DNA of 64,000 bases from positions 5,694 through 69,693 of the forward strand of contig PLKG01000095.1 of the NCBI GenBank assembly GCA_003140595.1, given 5' to 3'. Positions 47,041-56,239 of the stretch are shown in pieces. Position numbers and translations under genes: made by a program. Source of the stretch: Acidimicrobiaceae bacterium (GTDB taxonomy: Bacteria > Actinomycetota > Acidimicrobiia > Acidimicrobiales > Bog-793). Each line of letters opens with the position of its first letter. Within the stretch, counting starts at the first letter, position 1. A model generated the notes under the pieces. It saw only the letters and a program-made list of their open reading frames with translations. It did no database searches and was not told the DNA's origin.

Positions 47041-47817
47041 GTGAACGTTGCTGTCTGTGTGAAGCAGATTCCCGACTCAGAGCCTCCCGCGCTCGACCCG
47101 CAGCATCACACCCTCGTACGTGACGGCAAGCTCGTAATGGACGAGTCGGACAGCTTCGGGGTGGAGATGGGCCTCCAGCTCGTCGAAGCAGCCGGTGGCG
47201 GTGAAGTCGTGCTGGTCTCGATGGCTCCGTGCGGCGAGACGCGCGGGCTTCGCACGGCGCTTGCGACCGGAGCCGCGAAGGCCATCTTGGTGTCCGATCC
47301 CGTGCTCGCCGGATCGGACGCCCTCGGGACCGCGAAGGTCCTGGCGGCGGTGATCCGCCGGCTGGGCCCGGACCTGGTGCTCGCAGGAACCGAGTCCACC
47401 GACGGCTACACGGGCACGACTCCTGTACAGGTCGCGGAGTTGCTGGGCTGGCCCTCGGTCAGCTTCGCGAGGCACGTCGAGATCTCCCATCGCGCGCTGC
47501 GGGTCAAGCGCCAGACCGAAACAGGATACGAGGAGGTCACCTGCCCTCTTCCGGCCGTCGTGACGGTCACCGCCGGTGTCGTCGAGCCGCGCTATCCCTC
47601 CTTTAAGGGGCTCGCGGCGGCAAAGTCGAAACCGGTCGAGGAGCTGACGGTGGTGGAGCTGGGGCTGGACCCGTCGCAAGTCGGTTTTTCCGGTGCCCGC
47701 CAGCAGGTGATCTCGGTAAGGGCTGTCAAAGCGCGCGAGGCGGGCGAGATCGTCGTCGATGCAGGTGAAGCTCATGAGCGCGTGATCAGCTTCCTCGAGC
47801 AGCTCAAGATCTTGTAG
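47041..47817 (+). CDS. etfB: Electron transfer flavoprotein beta subunit
   Basis: MNVAVCVKQIPDSE from GTG 47041, and later TESTDGYTGTTPVQVAELLGWP. Confidence 0.9.
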   Translation: MNVAVCVKQIPDSEPPALDPQHHTLVRDGKLVMDESDSFGVEMGLQLVEAAGGGEVVLVSMAPCGETRGLRTALATGAAKAILVSDPVLAGSDALGTAKVLAAVIRRLGPDLVLAGTESTDGYTGTTPVQVAELLGWPSVSFARHVEISHRALRVKRQTETGYEEVTCPLPAVVTVTAGVVEPRYPSFKGLAAAKSKPVEELTVVELGLDPSQVGFSGARQQVISVRAVKAREAGEIVVDAGEAHERVISFLEQLKIL

Positions 47818-47829
47818 GGCGGGCCACCG

Positions 47830-48804
47830 GTGGACAAGACCTGGGTTCTCGCCGAGCAGCGCGATGGGACGCCGGCAGGCATCGTGCTCGAGCTGGTGAC
47901 CGCCGCCCGCGGCTTCGGCAGTGTAGTCGAGGCCGTCACTTGGGGCCCGGGCGGTGCGGGCGCGGCCGCTGTCCTCGGCCGCTACGGAGTGACCAAGCTG
48001 TACAACCTGGGTGACATCGGCGAGTCGCTGCCCGGTCCGAAGGTCGCAGCCGCCATCGCGGCCCAACTCGCCGCAGAAAGCCGTCCCGACGCCATTCTCA
48101 TCGGCGCCACCCACGACGGTCGTGACATCGCAGCGCGGCTGTCGGCGCGGCTCGACCTGCCGGTGCTCGCCAACGTCGTGGGCATGGACGCCTCGGGAGG
48201 GCGGTTGACCTCCGAGCACTCGATCTTCGGCGGCTCGACGGTGGTGCGGGCCGAGTTCACCGGCGCCGTCCCGGGCCTATTCATAGTCCAGGCGAAGTCG
48301 TTCGCCGCCGAGGCCGCCGAGGCGGCAGAGCAGCGGTCCCTTGAGATCGTCGAGGTCGAGGTTCCCGACACGGGACCGAGCGACGCCGCGAGAGTGGTCA
48401 CCCGTCACGAGGAGGAGCACAGCGGCCCCAAGCTCGACGAGGCCACAGTCGTCGTCTCCGGCGGCCGGGGTCTCGGCTCGCCCGGCAATTACGCGCTCAT
48501 CACCGAGCTTGCGCAGTTGTTGAACGGCGCCCCGGGCGCATCGCGCGCCGTCGTCGACGCCGGTTGGGCACCGTACGCGTTCCAGGTCGGCCAGACCGGC
48601 AAGACAGTGAAACCGGTGGTCTACATCGCCTGCGGGATCTCCGGAGCGACACTGCACGTGGTGGGCATGAGGGCCGCGCAGTACATCATCGCGGTCAACA
48701 AGGACCGGGAAGCTCCCATCTTCGCGATCGCGGACCTCGGTGTCGTTGGTGACGTGACCAAGGTGATCCCCAGGCTCATAGAGGCGATCAGGGCTCGCCG
48801 GTGA
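47830..48804 (+). CDS. etfA: Electron transfer flavoprotein alpha subunit
   Basis: C-terminal FAD-binding region VVSGGRGLG...GASRAVVDAGW...QVGQTGKTVKPVVYIACGISGA. Confidence 0.9.
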   Translation: MDKTWVLAEQRDGTPAGIVLELVTAARGFGSVVEAVTWGPGGAGAAAVLGRYGVTKLYNLGDIGESLPGPKVAAAIAAQLAAESRPDAILIGATHDGRDIAARLSARLDLPVLANVVGMDASGGRLTSEHSIFGGSTVVRAEFTGAVPGLFIVQAKSFAAEAAEAAEQRSLEIVEVEVPDTGPSDAARVVTRHEEEHSGPKLDEATVVVSGGRGLGSPGNYALITELAQLLNGAPGASRAVVDAGWAPYAFQVGQTGKTVKPVVYIACGISGATLHVVGMRAAQYIIAVNKDREAPIFAIADLGVVGDVTKVIPRLIEAIRARR

Positions 48805-49018
48805 GCCTGGTCGGCGTTGTTCTGCGTAGCGCTGACTTGGGTGCCGACAGGTCCACCTCAGCCCGGACTCAGGACGGGAGCGAGATCGAAGACTTGGCCT
48901 TCTCCGCGGAGCGTCACGATCCGGTCGGGCAATTCCTCGGTCTTTGAGGGGCTAGGGGCCCGGTGCGTTGATGAGTCTCTTCGCACGGCGCCGAGGCGCG
49001 GCGGTCGCTCGCGTCCAC

Positions 49019-50695
49019 TCAGCCGGTCGCGATGTACTTGTCCTGGGTCGTCAGGCTCAATGATGCGCCGGACGACCCGATCACCTCTTTGGCGGCTGCC
49101 GAGTTGAATAAGAGCGTGAACGAGTTCGAGTCGGACAAGCCCCCGCACGCAAGAATCTGTCCCGTCATAGCCGAGGAGTTCGAATAGCTCACTTCTCCCG
49201 GCGAGTACACCAGGGTGGCGATGTTCGACTCGAAGTCGACATAGCCGCTGAAGCTTGCGTCAAGAGACGAGGTGCTGCACGTCGAAGGCTGGCCCGCAAG
49301 GATCGTGAGATTGGGGCCGGGGGTCCCCGCAGACGAGCACGCGTAGGAGTTGGCACTCGACTCCTGGCAGAAGGTGTTGGAGCTCTGGAACGACACCGCC
49401 CCGATCTCGAGGATGGCGTCGCCCTGAGGAGAGGGGTTGAGTGCGAACACCTGCGAGTTCTGGTAGGTGACGGGACTTGCCGGCGTCCCGCACGTCGGCG
49501 CCTCGTAGACAGTCCGCGTGTTCTGATTCTCGAGCGCGGACTGGAACGGGTCAGGGAAGACAACCCTGCTCCCGCTGTCCTCGTTGTCGATGTTGGCGAA
49601 GTACGTGGCGCACGTGTAGCTGGAGTTCGGGATCGACACGATGTTCCAGCCCGTGCTCGGCAGGGTGATCGCAGGGAAGGCGATCACTGCGGGCATCGTC
49701 TGTGACGACAGCGCTGAGTCATTCGGGTTCTTGGTTCCCCCCAGGGTCCCGCCATTGGTGATGGAGATGGTGCCTGTCGCGTACGCGTTGCCGGCGATTC
49801 TCCCATTCGGCACTTCGATGCTCCCGTTGGTCTCGGTCGCGTTCCCGACGATGAGTGGATTTCCGCTAAGGCAGATCGAGTAGTACGGGGAGCCTCCGCT
49901 GCACGAGGTGCCGGCGGTGTTGCCCCCGTAGGAGATCACGTTGCCCGTGACCAGAGCGCTGCCCTGCATGTTCACCGGTCCTGCCGAAGTCAGGTTCCCT
50001 CCGAACGAGCACGTGCCAGACAGGACGATCCCTTGCGCATATTGGGTGACCAGGTTGCCTGTGCTCGCGGTCCCGTTTGCGCAGGTGACCTGTCCGCCGG
50101 CGTAGATGTCAGGAGTTGCCGTTCCGGTCTGCAGTGTGGCCGCGTCCACGAGATTGACGCTGTTCTCGGTGAAGATCGCATAGCCGAGTGCCGCGCTGGT
50201 CGAAGAGTTCACCACGATCCCGAGGTCCTCTCTCATGACGGCCGTGATGCCGTGGGGAGCCTTGCCAGAAGCGGTCAGAGTGGCGTTCGTAGGGGCGGTG
50301 ATGCCTCCTAGGGTGGTACCGACGGTAGGAGGACACGCCAGCTGCGTGCCGGCGGCCGAATAGGTCACGACCACTGCGTAGCTCGAGGTAGCTCCGGTCA
50401 CGCCGAGTGCGCCGGTGAGATCGCAGGGCAGGGCGCCGTAGGTCGAGGCGTTGCGCATCGCTGTGATCTCGGTGGCCAGTCCCGTCTGTGCCGCCATCTC
50501 CCCCTGGGCCTCTGCTGTGTAGCCATTCGACTGGGCGAGGCCGGCACGAGCTGACGCCAAGGCAGCGACCAGGGTCGTGATGAGCAGCAGCGCGACGATG
50601 AGCACGATCACGAGTGCTTGGCCGCTCTCGGTCCGTCGATCGTATATGCGAGCAAACGGGGGCACCTTCAACTCCTCAACTCGTCGGTGCGGCAC
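49019..50695 (-). CDS. Large PilX-N-like pseudopilin/adhesin candidate with a Gly/Asn/Thr/Ser-rich beta-helix-like core
   Basis: N-terminal SGQALVIVLIVALLLITTLVAALASA (PilX_N-like hydrophobic helix without the G/FTLIE site). The core carries many short repeats of the type GNLTSAGPVNMQGSALVTGNVISYGGN, with many paired Cys. An alternative start at GTG 50665 avoids overlap with the upstream gene. Confidence 0.6.
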   Translation of the reverse strand: MPHRRVEELKVPPFARIYDRRTESGQALVIVLIVALLLITTLVAALASARAGLAQSNGYTAEAQGEMAAQTGLATEITAMRNASTYGALPCDLTGALGVTGATSSYAVVVTYSAAGTQLACPPTVGTTLGGITAPTNATLTASGKAPHGITAVMREDLGIVVNSSTSAALGYAIFTENSVNLVDAATLQTGTATPDIYAGGQVTCANGTASTGNLVTQYAQGIVLSGTCSFGGNLTSAGPVNMQGSALVTGNVISYGGNTAGTSCSGGSPYYSICLSGNPLIVGNATETNGSIEVPNGRIAGNAYATGTISITNGGTLGGTKNPNDSALSSQTMPAVIAFPAITLPSTGWNIVSIPNSSYTCATYFANIDNEDSGSRVVFPDPFQSALENQNTRTVYEAPTCGTPASPVTYQNSQVFALNPSPQGDAILEIGAVSFQSSNTFCQESSANSYACSSAGTPGPNLTILAGQPSTCSTSSLDASFSGYVDFESNIATLVYSPGEVSYSNSSAMTGQILACGGLSDSNSFTLLFNSAAAKEVIGSSGASLSLTTQDKYIATG

Positions 50696-51365
50696 TTGTG
50701 GTCGTACAAGCCGGCGTGGTGGGCAACGACGAACTGGCCATGCTGAATGCCGAGACAGCCGAGCGGATCTCGAGCGTCTGCGACAAGCGGCCGGGATGCT
50801 CCTTCACCTGCAGGTCGATCGACAACTCCTGAGGCAAGCCCGGATTCGGAGTGCTGGTGAACGGTGTGACGGTCGAGTTGGAGATGCCCGTGGCGACCGT
50901 CACCCATCCTCCCCCCGCCGTCCCGGGGGTGTACCTGTCCTCCTGCAGCAGGCCCGAGGTCGTGTTGACCTGCCACTGTTCCCACCGCCAGGTTGACGTT
51001 GATGCGGAGGTGACCTGTTCGATCCTCAGCGCGAACCCGGACGCAGCGGTCAGCGGTGTCCCACTCTTCGGCGCCGTCAGCTGGGTCGGCAGGCACATCT
51101 GGCTTGCCGAGGCCACCTGCGTGCCGAGGTTCTGCATGGCCAGCTCCGCCTGAGCCGCTCCGGTCACTACGGCCCGTGCGCTCGAGGTCGCGGTCGTCGT
51201 CGTGGCGAGGATCGACGGGAGGAGGGACACGACGATCAAGAGAAGTGTCATGGAGACCACGACCTCGATCAGCGTGAACCCGCTCGAGTCGCCGCCTGCA
51301 TTGTGGTGCGAGGCACGGTGATGCTCGTTGGCGACCCTGCGGCGAACAGCTGGCTGTGAGGTCAC
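50676..51365 (-). CDS. Prepilin-type N-terminal cleavage/methylation domain protein (PilW-like minor pilin)
   Basis: GDSSG/FTLIEVVVSMTLLLIVVSLL is the class III signal. I place the start at GTG 51365, which overlaps the upstream stop (GTGA). The track ORF starts at 51425. Confidence 0.65.
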   Translation of the reverse strand: MTSQPAVRRRVANEHHRASHHNAGGDSSGFTLIEVVVSMTLLLIVVSLLPSILATTTTATSSARAVVTGAAQAELAMQNLGTQVASASQMCLPTQLTAPKSGTPLTAASGFALRIEQVTSASTSTWRWEQWQVNTTSGLLQEDRYTPGTAGGGWVTVATGISNSTVTPFTSTPNPGLPQELSIDLQVKEHPGRLSQTLEIRSAVSAFSMASSSLPTTPACTTTSAAPTS

Positions 51366-51931
51366 GGCGCTGCGATCCCGTCTTCGCCGACGACCTGGTC
51401 CTTGCCACCGGTCGGTGACTTCCATGTCACGATGACGACAACGGTCACGAGGCCGGGAGTAGAGGTGCTCGTCGTCGGGTAGGTGTCAACCGTGTAATTG
51501 ATTCCCTCGAGGACAGCAGTGACGTGGGGGACAAGGGGTGGCTCGGAGCTGTTCGTGTTGGACACCGGGATCGTCGATGCCGCCGTCGGGGCGATATTGC
51601 CGTGCAACTCCAGCATGTAGCTTGAGCCGGACTTGACGATGTTGGGGTCGTTCGCCAAGGAGTCAGCGGTCGGGTTGAGCCCACTCACAAGGTAGGGGAA
51701 CGGGAGCGCGACCGCTTGTGCCATGGCGGCACTCATGATGCCGGTGGCGTCCGACCGCTCCTTACCGATCGAGGCCGCAGACAGACTCCCGATCGCTCCC
51801 CTGGTCGCGGCCAGCAAGATGATGGCGAGAAGCGTGATGCCAAGCAGCGTCTCGATCAGGGTGGATCCCCGATCGTCGCAGCCTGAAGGGCGAAATCGGG
51901 CAAAACGAGGGTGCTTGTGGGCGAACTGCAT
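51362..51931 (-). CDS. Prepilin-type N-terminal domain protein (PilV/GspH-like minor pilin)
   Basis: DDRG/STLIETLLGITLLAIILLAA. The start is ATG 51931 or ATG 51991. Confidence 0.6.
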   Translation of the reverse strand: MQFAHKHPRFARFRPSGCDDRGSTLIETLLGITLLAIILLAATRGAIGSLSAASIGKERSDATGIMSAAMAQAVALPFPYLVSGLNPTADSLANDPNIVKSGSSYMLELHGNIAPTAASTIPVSNTNSSEPPLVPHVTAVLEGINYTVDTYPTTSTSTPGLVTVVVIVTWKSPTGGKDQVVGEDGIAAP

Positions 51932-52308
51932 ACGGCCCTTCCCTATGGGCCGAAAGCGCCTCGAACAACTTTTCATCGCTCCCTCTTCCAACTAGTTGTA
52001 TCGGCGCCCTGAGCTGCGGACTGAACCTCGACATTTGACGACTCGGCCAACGTGGGCAATATCGGTAGGTGAGTCCGCCATGTCCTACGCCTGATGTTTG
52101 AATGTGCAGCCCTGAATTATGGTCCGACCCTGGCCCCAAGCGTGCGTCCGTGGTGCCCGCGCGAAGGCTGAACAGCTGGTCCAAGCCTCGGATGCACCCC
52201 AAAGGATCAGCCGATTGGTGGGCCCGACTCCTTCCCGCAGTGCAAAAATGTCTCCCGGTTCGCCGGACGATTTTCCGATTCACTGGGTTGCAATTCGATC
52301 AATGTTTT

Positions 52309-52343
52309 GACCGGGTCGTCAGAGAGTCTGGTCGCTTATTTTT
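52309..52343 (+). terminator. Orphan intrinsic-terminator-like element inside the long non-coding gap
   Basis: GACCGGG-N11-TCTGGTC (7 bp including two G-U pairs) followed by GCTTATTTTT. It has the longest T run I noticed in the window, and no annotated gene ends here. Confidence 0.3.
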
Positions 52344-52802
52344 GGGCTCCGCCTGGTCGAACCTGGGGACTTACGCCCGCTAAATCCAGGTCAACCAAGA
52401 GTCCGACAAATTCGGAATGTGAACTCGAAGTTCGGTGCGATCTGGCAAGGAGTTCCTCGACACAGCCGAGCTCGGTCGGACGGTCATCGATGCTCGAGGC
52501 ATTCTTGTAGGAAGCGTGCAGCTCGCCGGGGCCCGCCGTTTTCGACCCTCCTCAGGTGCGACCCCAAGCGTGTCGGCACTGGCCCGACAGCCCAACCGCG
52601 ACAGGTCGCGTCCCAACAACGCTCGCTCGTCCGGCCCCGGCCGGCGCGGGCCTGAACGACATGGAGCGGGAACGCCCCTTGTCATCTGGGCCGAAAAGGG
52701 GCTGAAAGCCTCCACCCGTTGAGGCCAAAGGATATGTATCGTCGGTCGGCCGAAGGTATACGCGACCCGCGTTGCCAGAGCGCGCACGAAGGACTTCACC
52801 GG

Positions 52803-54236
52803 TTGCTGTTCCCGACAACTGATTTCGCAATCTTCTTCGGGATCGTCTTCGTCGGCAACTGGCTGCTCGCGCCTTTCCCCAAGCGCTGGCGCGTGTTCAT
52901 TCTCATCGCCAGCTACGTGTTCTACGGATGGTGGGACTGGCGGTTCGTGTTCCTCCTCGCGATATCCACGCTGTGCACGGTTGTTGGAGGTCGCCTGGTC
53001 CACCGGTCCGGGGTGGCGTCGGCCCGGCGGGCCTGGTTGATAGCGACCGTCGCCGCCGAGCTGTGCCTGCTGGGCTGGTTCAAGTACGCAGGGTGGTTGA
53101 GCCTCAATCTCGACAACGTGGTCCACCACCTCGGGATGGGCGACCCGATCCCGTTGATCCAAGTCACGCTTCCCGTCGGTATCTCGTTCTTCACCTTCAT
53201 GGGTCTGTCCTACGTGATCGACATCTACCGGGGGAGCCTGGAGCCCTCACCGTGGTTGGACGTGGCGGTCTTCGTTGCGTTTTTCCCGCACCTGGTTGCC
53301 GGGCCGATCGTGCGCGGGTCCGACCTCTTGCCCCAGATCCGCAGAGCTCACCGACGCGACCCGCGCAGGATTGCGCTCCCAAAGGCCGCGTACCTCATCT
53401 TCGGCGGCCTGTTCAAGAAAGTCGTGCTCTCCAGCTACGTCTCATCCCAGATCGTTGACCCGGTGTTCGCAAACCCTCACACGCACTCGTCGTTCGAGGT
53501 TCTGCTGGCTATTTATGGCTATGCGGTGCAGATCTACTGCGACTTCAGTGGCTACACCGACATAGCCATCGGCTGTGCCCTCCTGCTCGGCTTTCGTTTC
53601 CCCGAGAACTTCAATGCCCCTTACACCGCCCGGTCCTTGCAGGACTTCTGGCGACGGTGGCACATCACCTTGTCCCTGTGGCTTCGCGACTACCTGTACA
53701 TCCCTCTCGGGGGCAACCAGGGATCGCGGGCCACGATGTATCGCAACATCATGGTCACGATGGTGCTCGGGGGACTGTGGCACGGCGCGGCCTGGACCTT
53801 TGTCGCGTGGGGCACTCTTCACGGGCTGGGACAGTGCACAGGCCACTACCGTCGCGCCAAACGTGTCGAGAGGGGGCTCTCGCCTCAACGAGAGGGCCGC
53901 GGCTGGATCGCATGGGAACGGTTCGCGACCTTCCAGCTCGTCTGCGTGGGATGGGTCTTCTTCCGGGCCACCTCGTTCGCCAACGCGTTCGCAATGTTCG
54001 GCCGATTGTTCACCGGTTGGAGCCAGCCCTCGCCCCTGGTGAATTTCGCGGTGCTGCTCGTGATCGCCGTCGGTATTGGGTCCCAGTACGTACCCCCGGC
54101 CTTGCCGCTCCGCGCGCAAGAGGTGTTCTCGCGCCTTAGCGTGTACGCCCAGGGCGCGGTGCTTGCCGCTGTCCTGCTGGTCATCACGACCCTTGGTCCT
54201 CCGGGTGTCGCGCCGTTCATCTACTTCCGCTTTTGA
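52803..54236 (+). CDS. MBOAT-family membrane O-acyltransferase (AlgI/DltB/PatA-like)
   Basis: FFPHLVAGPIVR, YCDFSGYTDIAIGCALLLGFRFPENFNAPY, the catalytic-His region FWRRWHITLSLWLRDYLYIPLGGN, and GLWHG. A TTG 52803 start gives the family-typical N-terminus MLFPTTDFAIFF. The track ORF starts at 52719. Confidence 0.85.
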   Translation: MLFPTTDFAIFFGIVFVGNWLLAPFPKRWRVFILIASYVFYGWWDWRFVFLLAISTLCTVVGGRLVHRSGVASARRAWLIATVAAELCLLGWFKYAGWLSLNLDNVVHHLGMGDPIPLIQVTLPVGISFFTFMGLSYVIDIYRGSLEPSPWLDVAVFVAFFPHLVAGPIVRGSDLLPQIRRAHRRDPRRIALPKAAYLIFGGLFKKVVLSSYVSSQIVDPVFANPHTHSSFEVLLAIYGYAVQIYCDFSGYTDIAIGCALLLGFRFPENFNAPYTARSLQDFWRRWHITLSLWLRDYLYIPLGGNQGSRATMYRNIMVTMVLGGLWHGAAWTFVAWGTLHGLGQCTGHYRRAKRVERGLSPQREGRGWIAWERFATFQLVCVGWVFFRATSFANAFAMFGRLFTGWSQPSPLVNFAVLLVIAVGIGSQYVPPALPLRAQEVFSRLSVYAQGAVLAAVLLVITTLGPPGVAPFIYFRF

Positions 54237-54272
54237 GACTGGGATGATCTTGTCGAAGGTGGCACGAGCTAG

Positions 54273-55577
54273 TTGACGAACTCGCGAAACACACCCGGAT
54301 CGGCCGGCCGCGAGCCGAGCCGAAAAGGCCAGCAGCGCCCGGTGAGGCGCGCAAGTCAGGCCAGGTCCGGACCGGTCCCGACGCGACGGTCGGGCACATC
54401 GGCGCGGGCCCGCTCGGCCCGGCTCGGTGTCACCACGAAGGCCGCCCGCTCCACGGACCCGAGAGGGCGGTTGAGTGCACATGGTGAGGGCGCGCCGACT
54501 GACAAGAGAAGACGGGCGTCGGCGGGCCGCATAATCGCGGTAGGTCTCGTCTGCTTTGGGGTCTGGCTCTTCTTCGACGCGAACCAGCTGTACCACTCTG
54601 CCGAGGCCGGCCAGATCGGGGTCCGCAGAACTGTGGCGATGTCCCTCCTCCGCCCGATCGCCGCGTTCGCCGGCGCGATCGGGTTCTCCGGACCTGTGAA
54701 CGCCGCCGACTCAGCCTTGGGGAGATGCGGCATCGGCGGGGCACCTGCGTGCGACACTGGTCCGCTGACCACCGTCGTCCCCGTGGTCGCCCCCTTGCCG
54801 CGACCGGTGGGTTATCTCGGCCTCGGTGCTGCGCCGCATCTCGGGCCCGGGGTCCACTACATCCCCCCACCGCCCCCGCCGGTGGTGCCAGCCGGGCCGC
54901 CGCCGCTCGTTTCCCCTACGCCGTCTCGCCCGATGACCCTGCTCTCGATCGGGGACTCTGTGGGGGAGGACCTCGGTTTCGGCCTCGGAGACGTCTTCTC
55001 CCAGGACCTGGCGGTACGCGTCGTCCAAAAGGGTCTCGAGGACACGGGCTTGGCGCGGATCGACTACTACAACTGGCCGGTGACCCTCGAAACCGAGTTG
55101 AGGCGCTACCACCCGGAGATCGTGGTCGTGATGCTCGGTGCCAACGACATGCAGTCGTTCTCGGTCGGCAACGGACGTTACCTGTTGTTCTCGATGGCCT
55201 CGGCGACTTGGTGGCGGGCGTACGCGGCCAGGGTCGCGCTCGTCATGGAAGAGGCAACCTCGGCCGGTGCCCACGTGATGTGGGTCGGATTACCGCCGAT
55301 GGGGGCCGCCTCGACCGTGCCGGCAGGCTTCCCACAGAAATTGGACCGGGTCTTCCTCATCGAGGCACGTCGGCACCCGGGCGTGACCTACTACCCCTCT
55401 GACAAGGTTCTCGCCACGCGGCGGGGAGGCTTCATCATGTGGCTCTCGGTCAACGGATCGTACGAGCAGATCCGTTCGAGCGACGGCGTGCACCTTCTTC
55501 CGGCCGGCTACGACCTGCTCGCCAAGGCGCTCGTGCAGCCCATGGAGCGTGCCTGGAACGTGAACTTGCACCTCTGA
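54273..55577 (+). CDS. SGNH/GDSL-hydrolase-fold protein (DUF459-like) with an Arg-rich N-terminus, one TM segment and a Pro-rich linker
   Basis: TM segment IIAVGLVCFGVWLFF, linker IPPPPPPVVPAGPPPLVSP, block I LLSIGDSVGEDLG, block III VVVMLGANDMQ, and block V SDGVHLL. Confidence 0.7.
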   Translation: MTNSRNTPGSAGREPSRKGQQRPVRRASQARSGPVPTRRSGTSARARSARLGVTTKAARSTDPRGRLSAHGEGAPTDKRRRASAGRIIAVGLVCFGVWLFFDANQLYHSAEAGQIGVRRTVAMSLLRPIAAFAGAIGFSGPVNAADSALGRCGIGGAPACDTGPLTTVVPVVAPLPRPVGYLGLGAAPHLGPGVHYIPPPPPPVVPAGPPPLVSPTPSRPMTLLSIGDSVGEDLGFGLGDVFSQDLAVRVVQKGLEDTGLARIDYYNWPVTLETELRRYHPEIVVVMLGANDMQSFSVGNGRYLLFSMASATWWRAYAARVALVMEEATSAGAHVMWVGLPPMGAASTVPAGFPQKLDRVFLIEARRHPGVTYYPSDKVLATRRGGFIMWLSVNGSYEQIRSSDGVHLLPAGYDLLAKALVQPMERAWNVNLHL

Positions 55578-55624
55578 TCGGAGGTTCGCGGACACCGGCT
55601 CGTGACCCAGGTGCACCTTGAGCG

Positions 55625-56131
55625 CTACGTGTGCTCCTCGGCGCGTGCCCGGGACCGCTCGATCTCCAGTTCGGCCGCCTCGCGTCCGGCCCAGGTGGCT
55701 CCTTCGACCGACTTGCCGGGCTCGAGGTCCTTGTAGACCTCGAAGAAGTGCTGGATCTCGAGCCGGTCGAATTCCGGGAGATGGCGCAGATCCTGGAGGT
55801 GCTCGAGGCGGGGATCGTGTGCCGGGACCGCGATTATCTTGTCGTCCGGGCCCTTCTCGTCGGTCATCCGGAACATGCCGATTGCCCGGGACCGTACGAC
55901 GCAGCCCGGAAACGTGGGCTCCTCGACTAGCACCAGAGCATCGAGAGGGTCGCCGTCCTGGCCCAGCGTGCCGTCGATGAAGCCGTAATCGGCCGGGTAA
56001 CGAGTCGAGGTGAACAGCATCCGGTCGAGGTAGATCCGACCGGTGACGTGGTCCATCTCGTACTTGTTGCGCTGGCCCTTGGGAATTTCAACGACGACCT
56101 CGAACTCCATCGGCGACCTCGTCCTTGGCAC
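55625..56131 (-). CDS. ppa: Inorganic pyrophosphatase (family I)
   Basis: [24 protein letters not shown] and [10 protein letters not shown]. Confidence 0.95.
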   Translation of the reverse strand: MPRTRSPMEFEVVVEIPKGQRNKYEMDHVTGRIYLDRMLFTSTRYPADYGFIDGTLGQDGDPLDALVLVEEPTFPGCVVRSRAIGMFRMTDEKGPDDKIIAVPAHDPRLEHLQDLRHLPEFDRLEIQHFFEVYKDLEPGKSVEGATWAGREAAELEIERSRARAEEHT

Positions 56132-56239
56132 GGGCAGGTGGACAGTGGACGCGGACGCTATCAGCCTTCCGCCGATGCGGGCGCGGCCCGACCCGTTGAC
56201 GCCGAGCTGTGAAGCCTGCCGGCGGCCGGGAGCGATCCC

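Noticed and set aside
47077-48219. 380-aa minus-strand ORF
   Set aside because: It is antisense to etfB/etfA.
52102-52383. Small plus-strand ORFs in the long gap (52119..52310, 63 aa; 52102..52383, 93 aa)
   Set aside because: Their third-position GC is clearly lower than in the real genes here, and they have no SD or motifs. The region is kept only as a possible non-coding RNA or leader in the findings.
53442-54596. 384-aa minus-strand ORF
   Set aside because: It is antisense to the MBOAT gene and the start of the SGNH gene.
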